From: Candidatus Latescibacterota bacterium
Lineage (GTDB): Bacteria > Latescibacterota > UBA2968 > UBA8231
DNA length: 64,000 nucleotides
Direction of reading: 5' to 3'
Assembly (NCBI GenBank): GCA_965215195.1
Contig: CBDCDC010000002.1
Coordinates: 896,001-960,000, forward strand
Every line of letters begins with the position of its first letter. Positions within the stretch are counted from its first letter, which is position 1. Made by a program: the position numbers and the translations under genes. Positions 40,288-50,321 of the stretch are shown piece after piece. The notes beneath the pieces are model-generated. The model saw nothing but the letters and a program-made list of their open reading frames with translations, ran no database searches and had not been told where the DNA came from.

Positions 40288-41949
40288 ATGGCTACATCTG
40301 GCAACAGCGATGCGGTGCTGCTCCTGACGGCGCACCTTTCCGGCTCTGATGACAATGGAGCGAAACCTTTAACGACGAAAGAATGGTGGACATTTGATAA
40401 TTGGCTCAAGGAGCGGAATGTAACCCTAGAATACCTCTTAGAGAATGTGGATGAAGTCTTGGGAGGCAGGTCCGACCCTAGGGGAACTATGGAGAGGATT
40501 AAAAGGCTTTTAGACCGCGGAAGTGCCTTGGGGCTTGCTAAGGATAGGTGGAAGCAAGCGGGCTTATGGTGGTTGACGAGGGCCGACGAGGATTATCCGG
40601 CTCGCCTGAAGAAGCGCCTCGGCCAAGCATCCCCTGCGGTGCTGTACGGCTGTGGTCGCCAAACGCTGCTGCGCTCTAAAGGAATCGCGGTCGTCGGCTC
40701 TCGCGCAGCCTCGGATCGCGATCTTTCTTGGACTCGATTGTTCGGCGAAGCTGTGGCTGATGCCGGTTACTCCGTCGTATCGGGCGGAGCGCGGGGGGTT
40801 GATCAAGCCGCAATGTTCGGGGCACTGGACAAGGGAGGCACTGTTATCGGCATTCTTGCGGACAGCCTGTTGCGCGCGTCGTCAAGCAAGATGTACCGCT
40901 CCCATCTGCGGTCTCAGGAGCTGGTGCTGATCTCGCCGTTCCATCCCGAAGCAGCTTTCACCGTCGGCAGGGCCATGCAAAGGAACAAGTACATCTACTG
41001 CCTGTCCGACAAAGCGTTAGTTGTTCATTCCGGTATAAAGGGTGGTACTTGGGAAGGTGCCATTGAGAACATGAAGAGACAATGGGTGGTCCCTATCTGG
41101 GTTCGCCAAGATAGCGATAATTCTCCTGGCAATGCGGCCCTCTCAAGCGTCCAGCAGACACAAGGTCCTCCGCAGGAAGTAATCCGGCAGATTATAGAAG
41201 GCGACTCCTTACACACTGAAGTAGAGACCGCTTCTTCTGGTGCAGGAAACGTCTCGGAACAACCCGAGTACACCAAGCCGCAGGAGCAAAGTTCTGACCT
41301 ATACGAGCACTTCATTCAGTCGCTCCGCGAACGACTTGCCAACGGGGCTAGCAAAAAATCGCAGTTGGAAAGCCACTATGGCCTAGTGAAGAAGCAGTTC
41401 GACGCTTGGATGAAGAGAGCTGTCGAGGAAAAAGCCGTCACCAAGGACTCGAAGCCGGGGGTCCTTTATAGTTTGAACCAACAGTTTGATCGTATTAGCC
41501 CGCAGGAGCCATCTGGCAACGCTGACCTATACGAGCACTTCATTCAGTCGCTCCGCGAACGACTTGCCAACGGGGCCATCAAAGAATCACAGTTGAAGAA
41601 ACACTATGGCCTAGTGAAGTCGCAGTTCGACGCTTGGATGAAGAAGGCTATTGAGGAAAAAGCCGTCACCAAGGACTCGAAGCCGGGGGTCCTTTATAGT
41701 TTGAACCAACAGACCGAGCACGCCAGTTCGCAGGAGCAAAGTTCTGACCTATACGAGCACTTCATTCAGTCGCTCCGCGAACGACTTGCTAACGAGTTTC
41801 TTAAAAAATCAGAACTGGAAAGCCACTATGGCCTTGTGAAGTCGCAGTTCGACGCTTGGATAAAGAGGGCTATTGAGGAAAAAGTGATCATTAAGAAGAA
41901 GTCGAATCCAGCAGTGCTTAGTTTGAACCAACAGACCGAATTGATTTAG
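40288..41949 (+). CDS. DprA/Smf (SLOG) protein with three C-terminal winged-helix repeats
   Basis: DYPARL..P.VLYGCG, IAVVGSR, VVSGGARGVD, AMQRNKYIY, KGGTWEGA; C-terminal triplicate DLYEHFIQSLRERLAN...QFDAW. Confidence 0.88.
   Translation: MATSGNSDAVLLLTAHLSGSDDNGAKPLTTKEWWTFDNWLKERNVTLEYLLENVDEVLGGRSDPRGTMERIKRLLDRGSALGLAKDRWKQAGLWWLTRADEDYPARLKKRLGQASPAVLYGCGRQTLLRSKGIAVVGSRAASDRDLSWTRLFGEAVADAGYSVVSGGARGVDQAAMFGALDKGGTVIGILADSLLRASSSKMYRSHLRSQELVLISPFHPEAAFTVGRAMQRNKYIYCLSDKALVVHSGIKGGTWEGAIENMKRQWVVPIWVRQDSDNSPGNAALSSVQQTQGPPQEVIRQIIEGDSLHTEVETASSGAGNVSEQPEYTKPQEQSSDLYEHFIQSLRERLANGASKKSQLESHYGLVKKQFDAWMKRAVEEKAVTKDSKPGVLYSLNQQFDRISPQEPSGNADLYEHFIQSLRERLANGAIKESQLKKHYGLVKSQFDAWMKKAIEEKAVTKDSKPGVLYSLNQQTEHASSQEQSSDLYEHFIQSLRERLANEFLKKSELESHYGLVKSQFDAWIKRAIEEKVIIKKKSNPAVLSLNQQTELI
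41280..41940. repeat. Three ~222-228-bp intragenic repeats in dprA
   Basis: ctgacctatacgagcacttcattcagtcgctccgcgaacgacttgc at 41294, 41522 and 41744. Confidence 0.92.
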
Positions 41950-42110
41950 AAGGCAAATATCGTCGGGTGTGCGGTACACCGCTGCGGTGCGTTGGTGGGG
42001 TCACGTTCCCGCCCGCAGCCAGTTGTAGCGATCATTGGGCGCAGCTTGACGCTATTTGTAATCTCGTCAACCTTTAGTAAGCTAAAGATAACCACGCCCG
42101 AGATAATAGT

Positions 42111-44702
42111 ATGACCCAAGCAGATGCACACACCGACTACGAGCGATTGTTGCTGGTCTATCTCCACGACCCGGTCGACAAGGCTCTCGACATCCGCGGA
42201 CACGAGGCCCGCGCCACCCGCTACGCTTCGCACGCCCGCGGCTGGGACGCGACCCGCCGAGAAATCAAGCATTCAGCTCAGCTAGCAGACCAACTCGCCG
42301 CCATCGCCGAGCGCATCCCCATGCCGACCGCAGGACCCAAGGGAGCGCGCGCCGTCGGCCCGGAAGACGGGCGGATCGAAGTGCGGCATCCGGTCAGCGC
42401 ACAAACAGACATGCTGGAGGGGCTGGCCCTCGACGAGAACCGCGTGGCAGAGGTGATTGACCGCATCGTCGCCGGTCTGCCCGACGACCCGCGGACGCGC
42501 TTTCTCGCGCTCTGGCGGCTGCTGCCCGAACGGCTTGCCCCACAGATCGCTCGGCTGCCGGCCGACACCCGCGTACCCGACCACACGCTGATTCAACACG
42601 CAGACATCACAAGCGGCATCTGGGCCAGTACAGAGACACGCGGCCATGCGTACCTATCGCTCTCGCTCGGCCCGGTGCAGACGTTTATCGAAGCGGCCCG
42701 CAGCGTGCGCGATTTGTGGTCGGGCAGCGCCATTCTGTCGTGGCTGACGTTCCAAGGCATCGGCCCGGTGCTCAACGCACTCGGGCCGACTGCGCTCGTC
42801 TATCCAGCCCTGCGCGGCAATCCGCTGATGGACCTGTGGCTGCGCGAGCAGGACGGGCTAGAGGACCGAGTACCAGTACCGTCGAAAACATTGCGCCGGG
42901 CCCCGTCCATCCCCAACCGCTTTGTCGCTCTCGTACCCTATGGGCCGGACGGTTCCCATGCCAAAGCCATGGCGCAAGCCTGTGCCAAAGCGGTCCGTGC
43001 GGCTTGGCAATGCCTTGCAGACGAGGTGCATCGCTCCCTCGATGGGAAATTCTCGGCAATCAACCCTGATTGGGCACGGCACTGGCAAGAGCAAGTGAAT
43101 GGCTTCTTCGACGTCAAAACCTCCATTCTACACGAGCGAGACCTGCGCGATGAACAGCTAGCCCGTCTGATCGGCGGCAAGGACTCATTCGACGAAGTGT
43201 GGTGTGAGGCCGCCAAGGTGCGTAGACTGGCCGACGCGATTCCACGCAACGAGCGTCCGGGCTACGACCAGCATTCAGCCGGCCGCTGGCAAGCCCAACT
43301 CGAAGCATCGGCGCGGCTGATGGAAGCCCAGCGTTCTATCCGCCACGTGCCGACTATTGAGGTCGAGACACCCACTCCGCCCAAGTGCAGCCTGCTCGGC
43401 TCCTACGAGCAGATGGGGCCGGCCGCTCTCAGTGATTCCCGAGACTTCTGGGACGAGGCTGCCAAGGCAGTCTCGGTAGCCGGCGTCCGCCTGCGAAAAC
43501 GCGAGCGTTTTTCCGCGGTCGCCTTGTGCAAGCGGTTTGCCGCACCGGCGTTCTTCGTCCGCCAATTAAAGCTCAATCAGCGTGCCTTGCGCTTCCCGGA
43601 TACGGCGACAGTAGCAGCGGCCGCATGGCTGGCCGCGGAGGGAATCAACCCGGACGATATCCGGTGTGAACACAACGACTGGAACGGCCGCTGGCTTCAC
43701 CAAAAACACCAAAACGATGTGGAGGATGGCGACCAACCTCCGCCGGAGGGAGTTTGGCAGAAAATCAAGGCCGCACGTAAGGAGAATCCACCGCCCGCTT
43801 ACTACGCGATTCTGGCGATGGACGCGGACGACATGGGCCAGTGGCTCAAGGGCGATCATGCGCCCAAGGTGCGCGAGGTCCTGCACCCGAAAATGGTCCG
43901 TTACTACGAGCAGCTTGGCGACGAGGCCACGGCCGGCCTTGAGGCCCGGCGGCCCGTTGGCCCGGCCCTGCACGCCTCAATCAGCGAAGCTCTCAACAAT
44001 TTCGCCAGCCACATCGCCCCCGGCATTGTAGAGAACGACAAGGGCACGATGATCTACTCAGGCGGCGACGATGTCTTGGCCCTGCTGCCGGCGCGCCGGG
44101 CGGTCGCTTGTGCGGCAGAGTTGTGCCGCGCCTTCCGCGGCGAGGACAAAGGCCCGCCCGGCTATATAGAGCGAGACGGGCACCAACTGCTGACCATGGG
44201 CGCGAAGGCCACCCTATCGGCCGGCATTGCCTTTGTACACTACAAGGAGGATTTGCGCTTGGCACTCCAAGCGGCCCGCGACGCGGAAAAAACCGCTAAG
44301 AAAAACGGCAAGAATCAGCTTGCACTTTGCTTTATGCGCCGTTCCGGCGAGCACTCCAAGGCTGGTCTGTCGTGGGAACATGGGCCGTGGTTCCAAAAGA
44401 TGATTGCCATCTTCGCCGATGGGGCCACCGCCCGCTGGACCTATCGCCTGCGCCAAGAACTGCCGACCTTGCAGGGCAGCAACATTTCCGCCGGAGCTGT
44501 TGCTGCCGAGATACGACGGCTCGTGGATCGGACCAAAGACGACAAGGCCTCCGGTTCAACTGGTCCTACAGGCGAAGACGCGGAGCGCTGGTGGCAGGCT
44601 TTTTCTCAAGCAGGGCGACAACGTGGAGATCTTCTCAAGGACTTCACCCTACTGTGCCAAGGGGCGTCGTTCGTAGCGCGAGGTCGCGATGAAGGACGGT
44701 AA
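42111..44702 (+). CDS. cas10: Type III-B CRISPR Cas10/Cmr2
   Basis: N-terminal LHDPVDKA, GPVQTFIEAARSVRDLWSGS, YYAILAMDADDMG, IYSGGDDVLA (intact GGDD). Confidence 0.93.
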   Translation: MTQADAHTDYERLLLVYLHDPVDKALDIRGHEARATRYASHARGWDATRREIKHSAQLADQLAAIAERIPMPTAGPKGARAVGPEDGRIEVRHPVSAQTDMLEGLALDENRVAEVIDRIVAGLPDDPRTRFLALWRLLPERLAPQIARLPADTRVPDHTLIQHADITSGIWASTETRGHAYLSLSLGPVQTFIEAARSVRDLWSGSAILSWLTFQGIGPVLNALGPTALVYPALRGNPLMDLWLREQDGLEDRVPVPSKTLRRAPSIPNRFVALVPYGPDGSHAKAMAQACAKAVRAAWQCLADEVHRSLDGKFSAINPDWARHWQEQVNGFFDVKTSILHERDLRDEQLARLIGGKDSFDEVWCEAAKVRRLADAIPRNERPGYDQHSAGRWQAQLEASARLMEAQRSIRHVPTIEVETPTPPKCSLLGSYEQMGPAALSDSRDFWDEAAKAVSVAGVRLRKRERFSAVALCKRFAAPAFFVRQLKLNQRALRFPDTATVAAAAWLAAEGINPDDIRCEHNDWNGRWLHQKHQNDVEDGDQPPPEGVWQKIKAARKENPPPAYYAILAMDADDMGQWLKGDHAPKVREVLHPKMVRYYEQLGDEATAGLEARRPVGPALHASISEALNNFASHIAPGIVENDKGTMIYSGGDDVLALLPARRAVACAAELCRAFRGEDKGPPGYIERDGHQLLTMGAKATLSAGIAFVHYKEDLRLALQAARDAEKTAKKNGKNQLALCFMRRSGEHSKAGLSWEHGPWFQKMIAIFADGATARWTYRLRQELPTLQGSNISAGAVAAEIRRLVDRTKDDKASGSTGPTGEDAERWWQAFSQAGRQRGDLLKDFTLLCQGASFVARGRDEGR

Positions 44703-45765
44703 TACCCTACTCCAGCTATCGCTTGAGCCGGTTGACGGCCTCTTCTTCCGCGATGCGCGGCCATTTGAGCAGGCCAGCCGGGCACAGTCCGGCCTGCCCA
44801 TGCCGCAGACCCTCGCCGGTGCCGTGCGTAGCCTGCTGCTGGAGCGGCACGGGGTGGATTTCGTCCGGCTGGGAGAACGGATGCAAACCGGCGCTTCCTT
44901 TGCCGAAGCTCTGACCGAGCTTGGCCCGGAGGTTGCAGCCGTGGCCTCGGTGCAGGTACGCGGCCCTTGGTTCACCTTGAATGGCGAGGTACTGATGCCG
45001 ACGCCGGCCACCCTCAAACGAAAAAAGAAAACCGCAAAGCTCGTGCGGCTTGACCCGCTCAAAGTGCCGCTGCCGGGTTGGCGGCCCGAAGTGCCGGGGA
45101 TGCTGCCGTTGTGGCGGCGCGGCCGGGAAACCGCAGAGCCCGCCGATGATTTCCTCAAACTGTCCGGTTTGCATCGCTTCCTCAACGGCGGTACGCCAAA
45201 ACCGGACGAATTGGTGCCGACAAACGACTTGTACGATTTCGACGACCGCACCGGCATTGGCATCGATCCGAGCCGCAACGCCGCGGCCGAAGGTTTCATT
45301 TATGGCATCAGGATGCTGGTCCTGAAATCTGAGGCTGGCTTGTACGCTGAACTGAGCGGTCCTGAGGCCGCGCTAGTGCCGATCGCGGCCGAACCCGGGC
45401 TGATGCGTTTGGGCGGCGAAGGCCGGCACGTCGCGGTCCGCACGGTTGAGCGGCCGGTCAACTGGCCGCAGATACCGCCCGCAGCGGACAAAGGCCGGCT
45501 GGTGCTGCTGGCCACGCCGGCTTGGTTCAATGGCTGGAAGCCGCCGGCCCTCGATCCGGTAGCAGCGGCCGTTGGTAACGGGCAGCCGGTTTCCGGCTGG
45601 GACTTAGCCAAAGGCGCTCCCAAGCCCAACCGCTTCATGGTCCCGGCCGGGTCCGTCTATTTTTTGCCACCAAACGCCCAAGTCCCAGACAAATTAGTCG
45701 CTGACGACGAAGACGCGAGCGTCGGGTGGGGTAGCTTTCTGGAGGGAAACTGGAACTATGTCTGA
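44689..45765 (+). CDS. cmr3: Type III-B Cmr3 (Cas5-like)
   Basis: LEPVDGLFFRDARPF, PQTLAGA, RLGGEGR, SGWDLA..PKP...VPAGSVY, GWG. Confidence 0.92.
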   Translation: MKDGNTLLQLSLEPVDGLFFRDARPFEQASRAQSGLPMPQTLAGAVRSLLLERHGVDFVRLGERMQTGASFAEALTELGPEVAAVASVQVRGPWFTLNGEVLMPTPATLKRKKKTAKLVRLDPLKVPLPGWRPEVPGMLPLWRRGRETAEPADDFLKLSGLHRFLNGGTPKPDELVPTNDLYDFDDRTGIGIDPSRNAAAEGFIYGIRMLVLKSEAGLYAELSGPEAALVPIAAEPGLMRLGGEGRHVAVRTVERPVNWPQIPPAADKGRLVLLATPAWFNGWKPPALDPVAAAVGNGQPVSGWDLAKGAPKPNRFMVPAGSVYFLPPNAQVPDKLVADDEDASVGWGSFLEGNWNYV

Positions 45766-46651
45766 CAAAACCTTGCTGTTCATTCACGCCCTGACCGGAC
45801 TCCATCCCGGCAGCGGCACGGCCTTGGGCGCGGTCGATTTGCCGGTGCAACGCGAGCGTCATACCGACTGGCCGCTGATACCCGGCTCGTCGCTCAAGGG
45901 CGTCATGCGGGCCGAATACGCGCAGGACAACCGGAAGGATGAAGACGTTCTGGCTGCGTTCGGGCCAGAGACTGAGGCTGCGTCTGACCACGCCGGCGCG
46001 GTCGCCTTTTCGGACGCGCGCATCCTCGCCTTCCCGGTGCGCTCGCTGACCGGCGTGTTCGCTTGGGTGACCTGCCGTGACGTACTGGCCCGGCTTTCGC
46101 GTGATCTCGGGCTCGTTGGCGGCGATAGCTTCCCGGCTGTTCCCACAGTCGCTAAAGACAAAGCCGCTTGCGTCGCGGACAGTCGGCTGCTGGCGCACGG
46201 CGAACAACTCATGCTGGAAGAGTTCGAATTCTCACGCGACGGCGACGCACAGGAAATTGCCAACTGGATCGCTGAGCGGGCCGTGGCAGACGCGGCCACG
46301 AAAATTCGGCTGCGCTCGCATCTGGCCGTTCTGCACGATGACGATTTTACCCACTTCGTCCGCAACGCCACCGAGGTCGTAGCTCGGGTCGGGCTCGACG
46401 AACAGAAGACCGTGCGCAAGGGTGCCCTCTTCTACGAGGAATACCTGCCACCGGAGACCCTCTTCTACTCGCTGGTGCTGTGCAGCAAAAGCCGCCGCAA
46501 GGCACGCGACAAAAGCGCTGCGGAGATTCTCACGTGGCTGCGCGAAAAAGCACCTGAGACGCTCCAAATCGGCGGCGGCGAGACGGTCGGCAAGGGCTTC
46601 TGCGCGGTGCGCTTTGACGACGCGGCCAAGGAGGAAAACAATGAGCGATAG
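45758..46651 (+). CDS. cmr4: Type III-B Cmr4 (Cas7 RAMP)
   Basis: LHPGSG..VDLPVQRERHT, PGSSLKGVMR, LFYEEYLP, LQIGGGETVGKG. Confidence 0.95.
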   Translation: MSDKTLLFIHALTGLHPGSGTALGAVDLPVQRERHTDWPLIPGSSLKGVMRAEYAQDNRKDEDVLAAFGPETEAASDHAGAVAFSDARILAFPVRSLTGVFAWVTCRDVLARLSRDLGLVGGDSFPAVPTVAKDKAACVADSRLLAHGEQLMLEEFEFSRDGDAQEIANWIAERAVADAATKIRLRSHLAVLHDDDFTHFVRNATEVVARVGLDEQKTVRKGALFYEEYLPPETLFYSLVLCSKSRRKARDKSAAEILTWLREKAPETLQIGGGETVGKGFCAVRFDDAAKEENNER

Positions 46652-47069
46652 CCGGCCCACCCTCGACCAACGTCGGGCCCAACACGCTTGGAAGACTGTA
46701 GAGCAAGCCAAAGCCTCACTCAACGCGAAAAAAGACAAGGAGGATTTTGCCCGCGAAGCCAAGCGGCTGCCGGTGCGCATCAAGACCGCCGGCTTGGGGC
46801 AGGCACTCGCTTTTCTCCTCGCAAAGGCCAAGCAGGACAAAAACAAAGGAGAAGACGCCCGTGGCCGACTGCTGGTTGCGCTAGGCGACTGGCTCCTAAA
46901 AGAGCGCGAATTGGCGACCCGTCCTAACGCCGCCGCCGACCGCGTACTAATCCAAACCCTCATCAACGGCGACGCCAACCTGCTGCGCCGCGCCACTGAA
47001 GAGGCGCTCCTGTACCTGCAATGGCTGACCCGGTTCAGCGAGGCCGAACTCGGAACGGGAGAGGAGTAA
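46641..47069 (+). CDS. cmr5: Type III-B Cmr5 (Cas11)
   Basis: TLDQRRAQHAW, KRLPVRIKTAGLGQALAFL, ATEEAL..LQWLTRFSEA; ATG 46641 after GGAGG. Confidence 0.92.
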   Translation: MSDSRPTLDQRRAQHAWKTVEQAKASLNAKKDKEDFAREAKRLPVRIKTAGLGQALAFLLAKAKQDKNKGEDARGRLLVALGDWLLKERELATRPNAAADRVLIQTLINGDANLLRRATEEALLYLQWLTRFSEAELGTGEE

Positions 47070-47072
47070 GCG

Positions 47073-49457
47073 ATGGCTCGCAGCCCTAGCCGTTCCCAAC
47101 GCCGGGACCGGACGCATACTATGCCAGCCTCCAACGCCGACCAACTCCCCAACGGGCCAATCCTTCCCCGCTCTACGTGTAACCTCGTAGATAAGGTCGT
47201 GCTCAATCACCGCCATGCCGGCCTGCAACTCGACAAGCTGTCGTCAGCCGGGGAGATGGAAAAGCAAAAACTTGCGCTGGTCGATGTCGCGCACACCTGC
47301 GGCGACGCGAAGTTGCTGGAGATGCTGATCAACCGCCGCTGCGCTGCACTGAACGCTCTCCGTGCTGAACGTCTCCTGATGACCACCCGCGGCTCGCTGA
47401 CCCTGCACCTGTCGCGGTCGGGCGCGCTGGAAAACGCCGGCATCGCCCTGCATCCGGTGTACGGCTTCGTCTATTTACCCGGCAGCGGCATCAAGGGCTT
47501 GGTCCGCTCTTGGGCTGAGACAGTGTGGGCTCCGGCGCAGTCTGACAAAAAGGAGGCGTGGCGGACGATTGAAAAAGCCTTCGGCTGGAGTCCTCAGTCG
47601 GAAAACCACAAGTTCCCGCAGCCGAAAAAGGGATTGCCGGGTTGGCGTCCCAGCGAAATAGAAGCACCGAAAGGGGCCGCGAGCGGACGGCTGGTGTTCC
47701 ACGACGCTTGGCCGCTTAGCTGGCCCAGACTAATAGTCGATGTCGTCAACAATCATCACCCCGACTATTACGACGGCAAAGACGATCCCGGCGACTGGGA
47801 GGACCCGAGGCCCGTGTATTTCCTCGCCATCGGCGCAGGCAACCAGTTCGACTTTGCCATCTCCGACCGCAAGCCCGACGACGGCCTGCTCAGCTTGGCA
47901 AGAGGCTGGCTAACAGACGCGCTGACCTCCGAGGGGGCCGGTGCCAAGACTGCGGCTGGCTACGGACGCTTTGAGCCGGTCGAGATGCTCTCGCCCGATT
48001 TCGCCAAGGCCGGCTTTGCCAGCGCGAGTTTTGACTTGAAACTGGTCACCCCCGCCTTTCTCGCCGGAGCCTCCCAACAGAAAGACGACTGCGACCTGCG
48101 TCCGGCCACCCTGCGCGGCCTGTTGCGCTGGTGGTGGCGCACCATGCACGCGGCCCACCTCGACCGGGCTTCGCTCAAGCGGCTGGAAACCGCGGTCTGG
48201 GGCGACGCGGAATCGGGCAGTCCGGTTCGCATTGCTGTGAATTTGGTGGAAGGTGGAGAGCCACGGCAGCACCCGGACAAGCAAGATCGACAGTTCCAGC
48301 AAGAACACGGTCTGCGGCGGCCCCAATCCAGTCAAAGAACAATCCAAGGATTGTTCTACGCTTCCTACGGCATGGCAGAAAAGGACCGTCGTTGGTTTCG
48401 CCCTGCTGGGTCGCTCTGGCGCGTCACCTTGACGGCCCGACGCGGTTATTTCGACAAAAATAAAAAAGCCCCTGCCATCCCCCTCTCGCCGGACCTGCTC
48501 ATAGAACAAGCCAACGCAGCCCTGTGGCTACTGACGCGGTTTGGCGGGGCCGGCTCGCGGTCGCGCAAGGGCTTCGGTTCTTTTGACGATATTGAGGTGC
48601 AGGGCATCGGCTCAATGGAAGATTGCATCAAGGCCGCAACGCGGTTCCGGGACGCCTGCGGCCTTGGAGGGAGGCGGGGACATCCGGTTGACGCGCCGGC
48701 CCTAGAGGATGTGCTGACGATGGACGATGTGGCGACACGTTGGGAGGATCCTTGGTATGCGCTTGACCGGACCGGCATGGCACTGCAACTGTTCGCCAAG
48801 AGTCTTGATTCCGAGAAGCGTATTGCGCTCGGCCTGCCGCGCCGTGTAGGTAGGGGCCGCAATGCACAGTCTCTCAGAGCTGGACAGATTGATCGTCACG
48901 CCTCCCCAGCACTTTGGAGCCTCGCAAAAAGCCGAAACGGAACCCTGCTGGTTCGCCTCATCGCATTCCCGGCCGCACGGCTGCCTGAGAAAGCCGCTAG
49001 CAGGACAATTCTGCAAAACCTTATCGACTTTGCACGTCAGCAATTGGAACAGCAGGCCGGGCAGTCCCCGCGCCCAAGCGGGCGAGGAGGTCGCGGACCG
49101 TCGGGCACCGGACGCCCGGACAGGCGAAGAAGTAACAGGTCGGCACCCTCGCGTCCCCCGCAGGGAAGCCCCAAGGCCGACCTCCCCAAAGCGCATGATC
49201 GCGTCAAGGCCGAACTTTTGGAGGAGAAGACGAAGAAAGGCGGATGGAAGGCCAAGCACATAGATAGCGGTTTATCAGGCCCGATACAAGACGCTGGGAA
49301 CGTCCCCGCCGACGCCAAGCCGGGCCAGCCCGTCGAACTGACGGTCGCCTCGGTTGGCTCGAAAGAGATGCAATTCAAATGGGCCGAACCCCGGCCGCCT
49401 AAGAAAACATCCGGCCGGCATAGCAAGCAGGAGCCTCGCAGAGGAAGCCGCCGATGA
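47073..49457 (+). CDS. Fused Cmr6-Cmr1 RAMP protein with an extra C-terminal domain
   Basis: Cmr6 motifs (LHPVYGFVYLPGSGIKG, VFHDAWP, DVVNNHHPDYY, GAGAKTAAGYG), then Cmr1 motifs (LVTPAFLAGA, LRGLLRWWWR, FGGAGSRSRKGFGS), an R/G/P-rich linker and a ~70-aa beta-rich tail. Confidence 0.85.
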   Translation: MARSPSRSQRRDRTHTMPASNADQLPNGPILPRSTCNLVDKVVLNHRHAGLQLDKLSSAGEMEKQKLALVDVAHTCGDAKLLEMLINRRCAALNALRAERLLMTTRGSLTLHLSRSGALENAGIALHPVYGFVYLPGSGIKGLVRSWAETVWAPAQSDKKEAWRTIEKAFGWSPQSENHKFPQPKKGLPGWRPSEIEAPKGAASGRLVFHDAWPLSWPRLIVDVVNNHHPDYYDGKDDPGDWEDPRPVYFLAIGAGNQFDFAISDRKPDDGLLSLARGWLTDALTSEGAGAKTAAGYGRFEPVEMLSPDFAKAGFASASFDLKLVTPAFLAGASQQKDDCDLRPATLRGLLRWWWRTMHAAHLDRASLKRLETAVWGDAESGSPVRIAVNLVEGGEPRQHPDKQDRQFQQEHGLRRPQSSQRTIQGLFYASYGMAEKDRRWFRPAGSLWRVTLTARRGYFDKNKKAPAIPLSPDLLIEQANAALWLLTRFGGAGSRSRKGFGSFDDIEVQGIGSMEDCIKAATRFRDACGLGGRRGHPVDAPALEDVLTMDDVATRWEDPWYALDRTGMALQLFAKSLDSEKRIALGLPRRVGRGRNAQSLRAGQIDRHASPALWSLAKSRNGTLLVRLIAFPAARLPEKAASRTILQNLIDFARQQLEQQAGQSPRPSGRGGRGPSGTGRPDRRRSNRSAPSRPPQGSPKADLPKAHDRVKAELLEEKTKKGGWKAKHIDSGLSGPIQDAGNVPADAKPGQPVELTVASVGSKEMQFKWAEPRPPKKTSGRHSKQEPRRGSRR

Positions 49458-49503
49458 CCGATTCGCAAATCGCCCCTATTACCTCGCAGAGGCGAACGCA
49501 ACT

Positions 49504-50265
49504 ATGAGGATTTCGCACACATTCGCCGATAAACAAAAAAGCATCTGCAACGATCCAGCCGGCGAGAAACACCCATCCGCTGCGGCCATCCCGACGCCCC
49601 CATTGGAAAACGGCGATCGGCTCACGCGGGAGGAGTTTGAGCGACGCTATAAGGCCATGCCAGACGTAACGAAGGCGGAACTGATCAATGGAGTGGTATA
49701 TATGAGCTCACCTGTTCGCTTTCGCGCTCATGGCAGACCGCACGTATTGCTGCTCACTTGGCTGGGGACATATAGTGCGTTCACGCGAGGGGTCCTTTGT
49801 GCGGATAACACCACAGTTCGCCTCGGGGCAGAGAGCGAGCCGCAGCCAGATGCCTTGCTGCGCCTAGAGCCAGAGGCGGGTGGAAATTCGCGGATTAGCG
49901 CCGACGATTATGTAGAAGGCGCACCAGAGTTGTTAGCCGAAATCGCGGCCAGTAGTGCCTCGTACGATATGCACGATAAAATGGATACCTATCGCCGCAG
50001 CGGCGTGCAGGAGTATCTTGTCTGGCGCGTGTACGACGAGCAACTCGACTGGTTTGCTCTCCGCGACGGTGAGTATATCCGTCTGACGCCTGATGAGTCT
50101 GGCGTGATTTCCAGTCAGGTGTTTCCGGGGCTGCGGTTGTCCTTGTCCGCATTATTGGCGGCTAATGCGGCTCAGGTCGTGGCCGAATTGCAGAAAGGAC
50201 TAGGGACGGCCGAGCACGCCGCGTTTGTCGCCCGACTAGGAGATGCCCACGACCCGTACCAATAG
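49504..50265 (+). CDS. Uma2 (DUF820) PD-(D/E)xK endonuclease
   Basis: LENGDRLTREEFERRY, AELINGVVYM, EPQPD, APELLAEIA, K..YRRSGVQEYLVW. Confidence 0.9.
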   Translation: MRISHTFADKQKSICNDPAGEKHPSAAAIPTPPLENGDRLTREEFERRYKAMPDVTKAELINGVVYMSSPVRFRAHGRPHVLLLTWLGTYSAFTRGVLCADNTTVRLGAESEPQPDALLRLEPEAGGNSRISADDYVEGAPELLAEIAASSASYDMHDKMDTYRRSGVQEYLVWRVYDEQLDWFALRDGEYIRLTPDESGVISSQVFPGLRLSLSALLAANAAQVVAELQKGLGTAEHAAFVARLGDAHDPYQ

Positions 50266-50321
50266 CAGCAAAGTCGGCACCAACGACATTGAAAATCCAC
50301 TTAAACACCGGGAGATATCCT

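Noticed and set aside
42111-49457. Type III-C assignment
   Set aside because: Cas10 keeps an intact GGDD and Cmr2-like motifs, which fits III-B.
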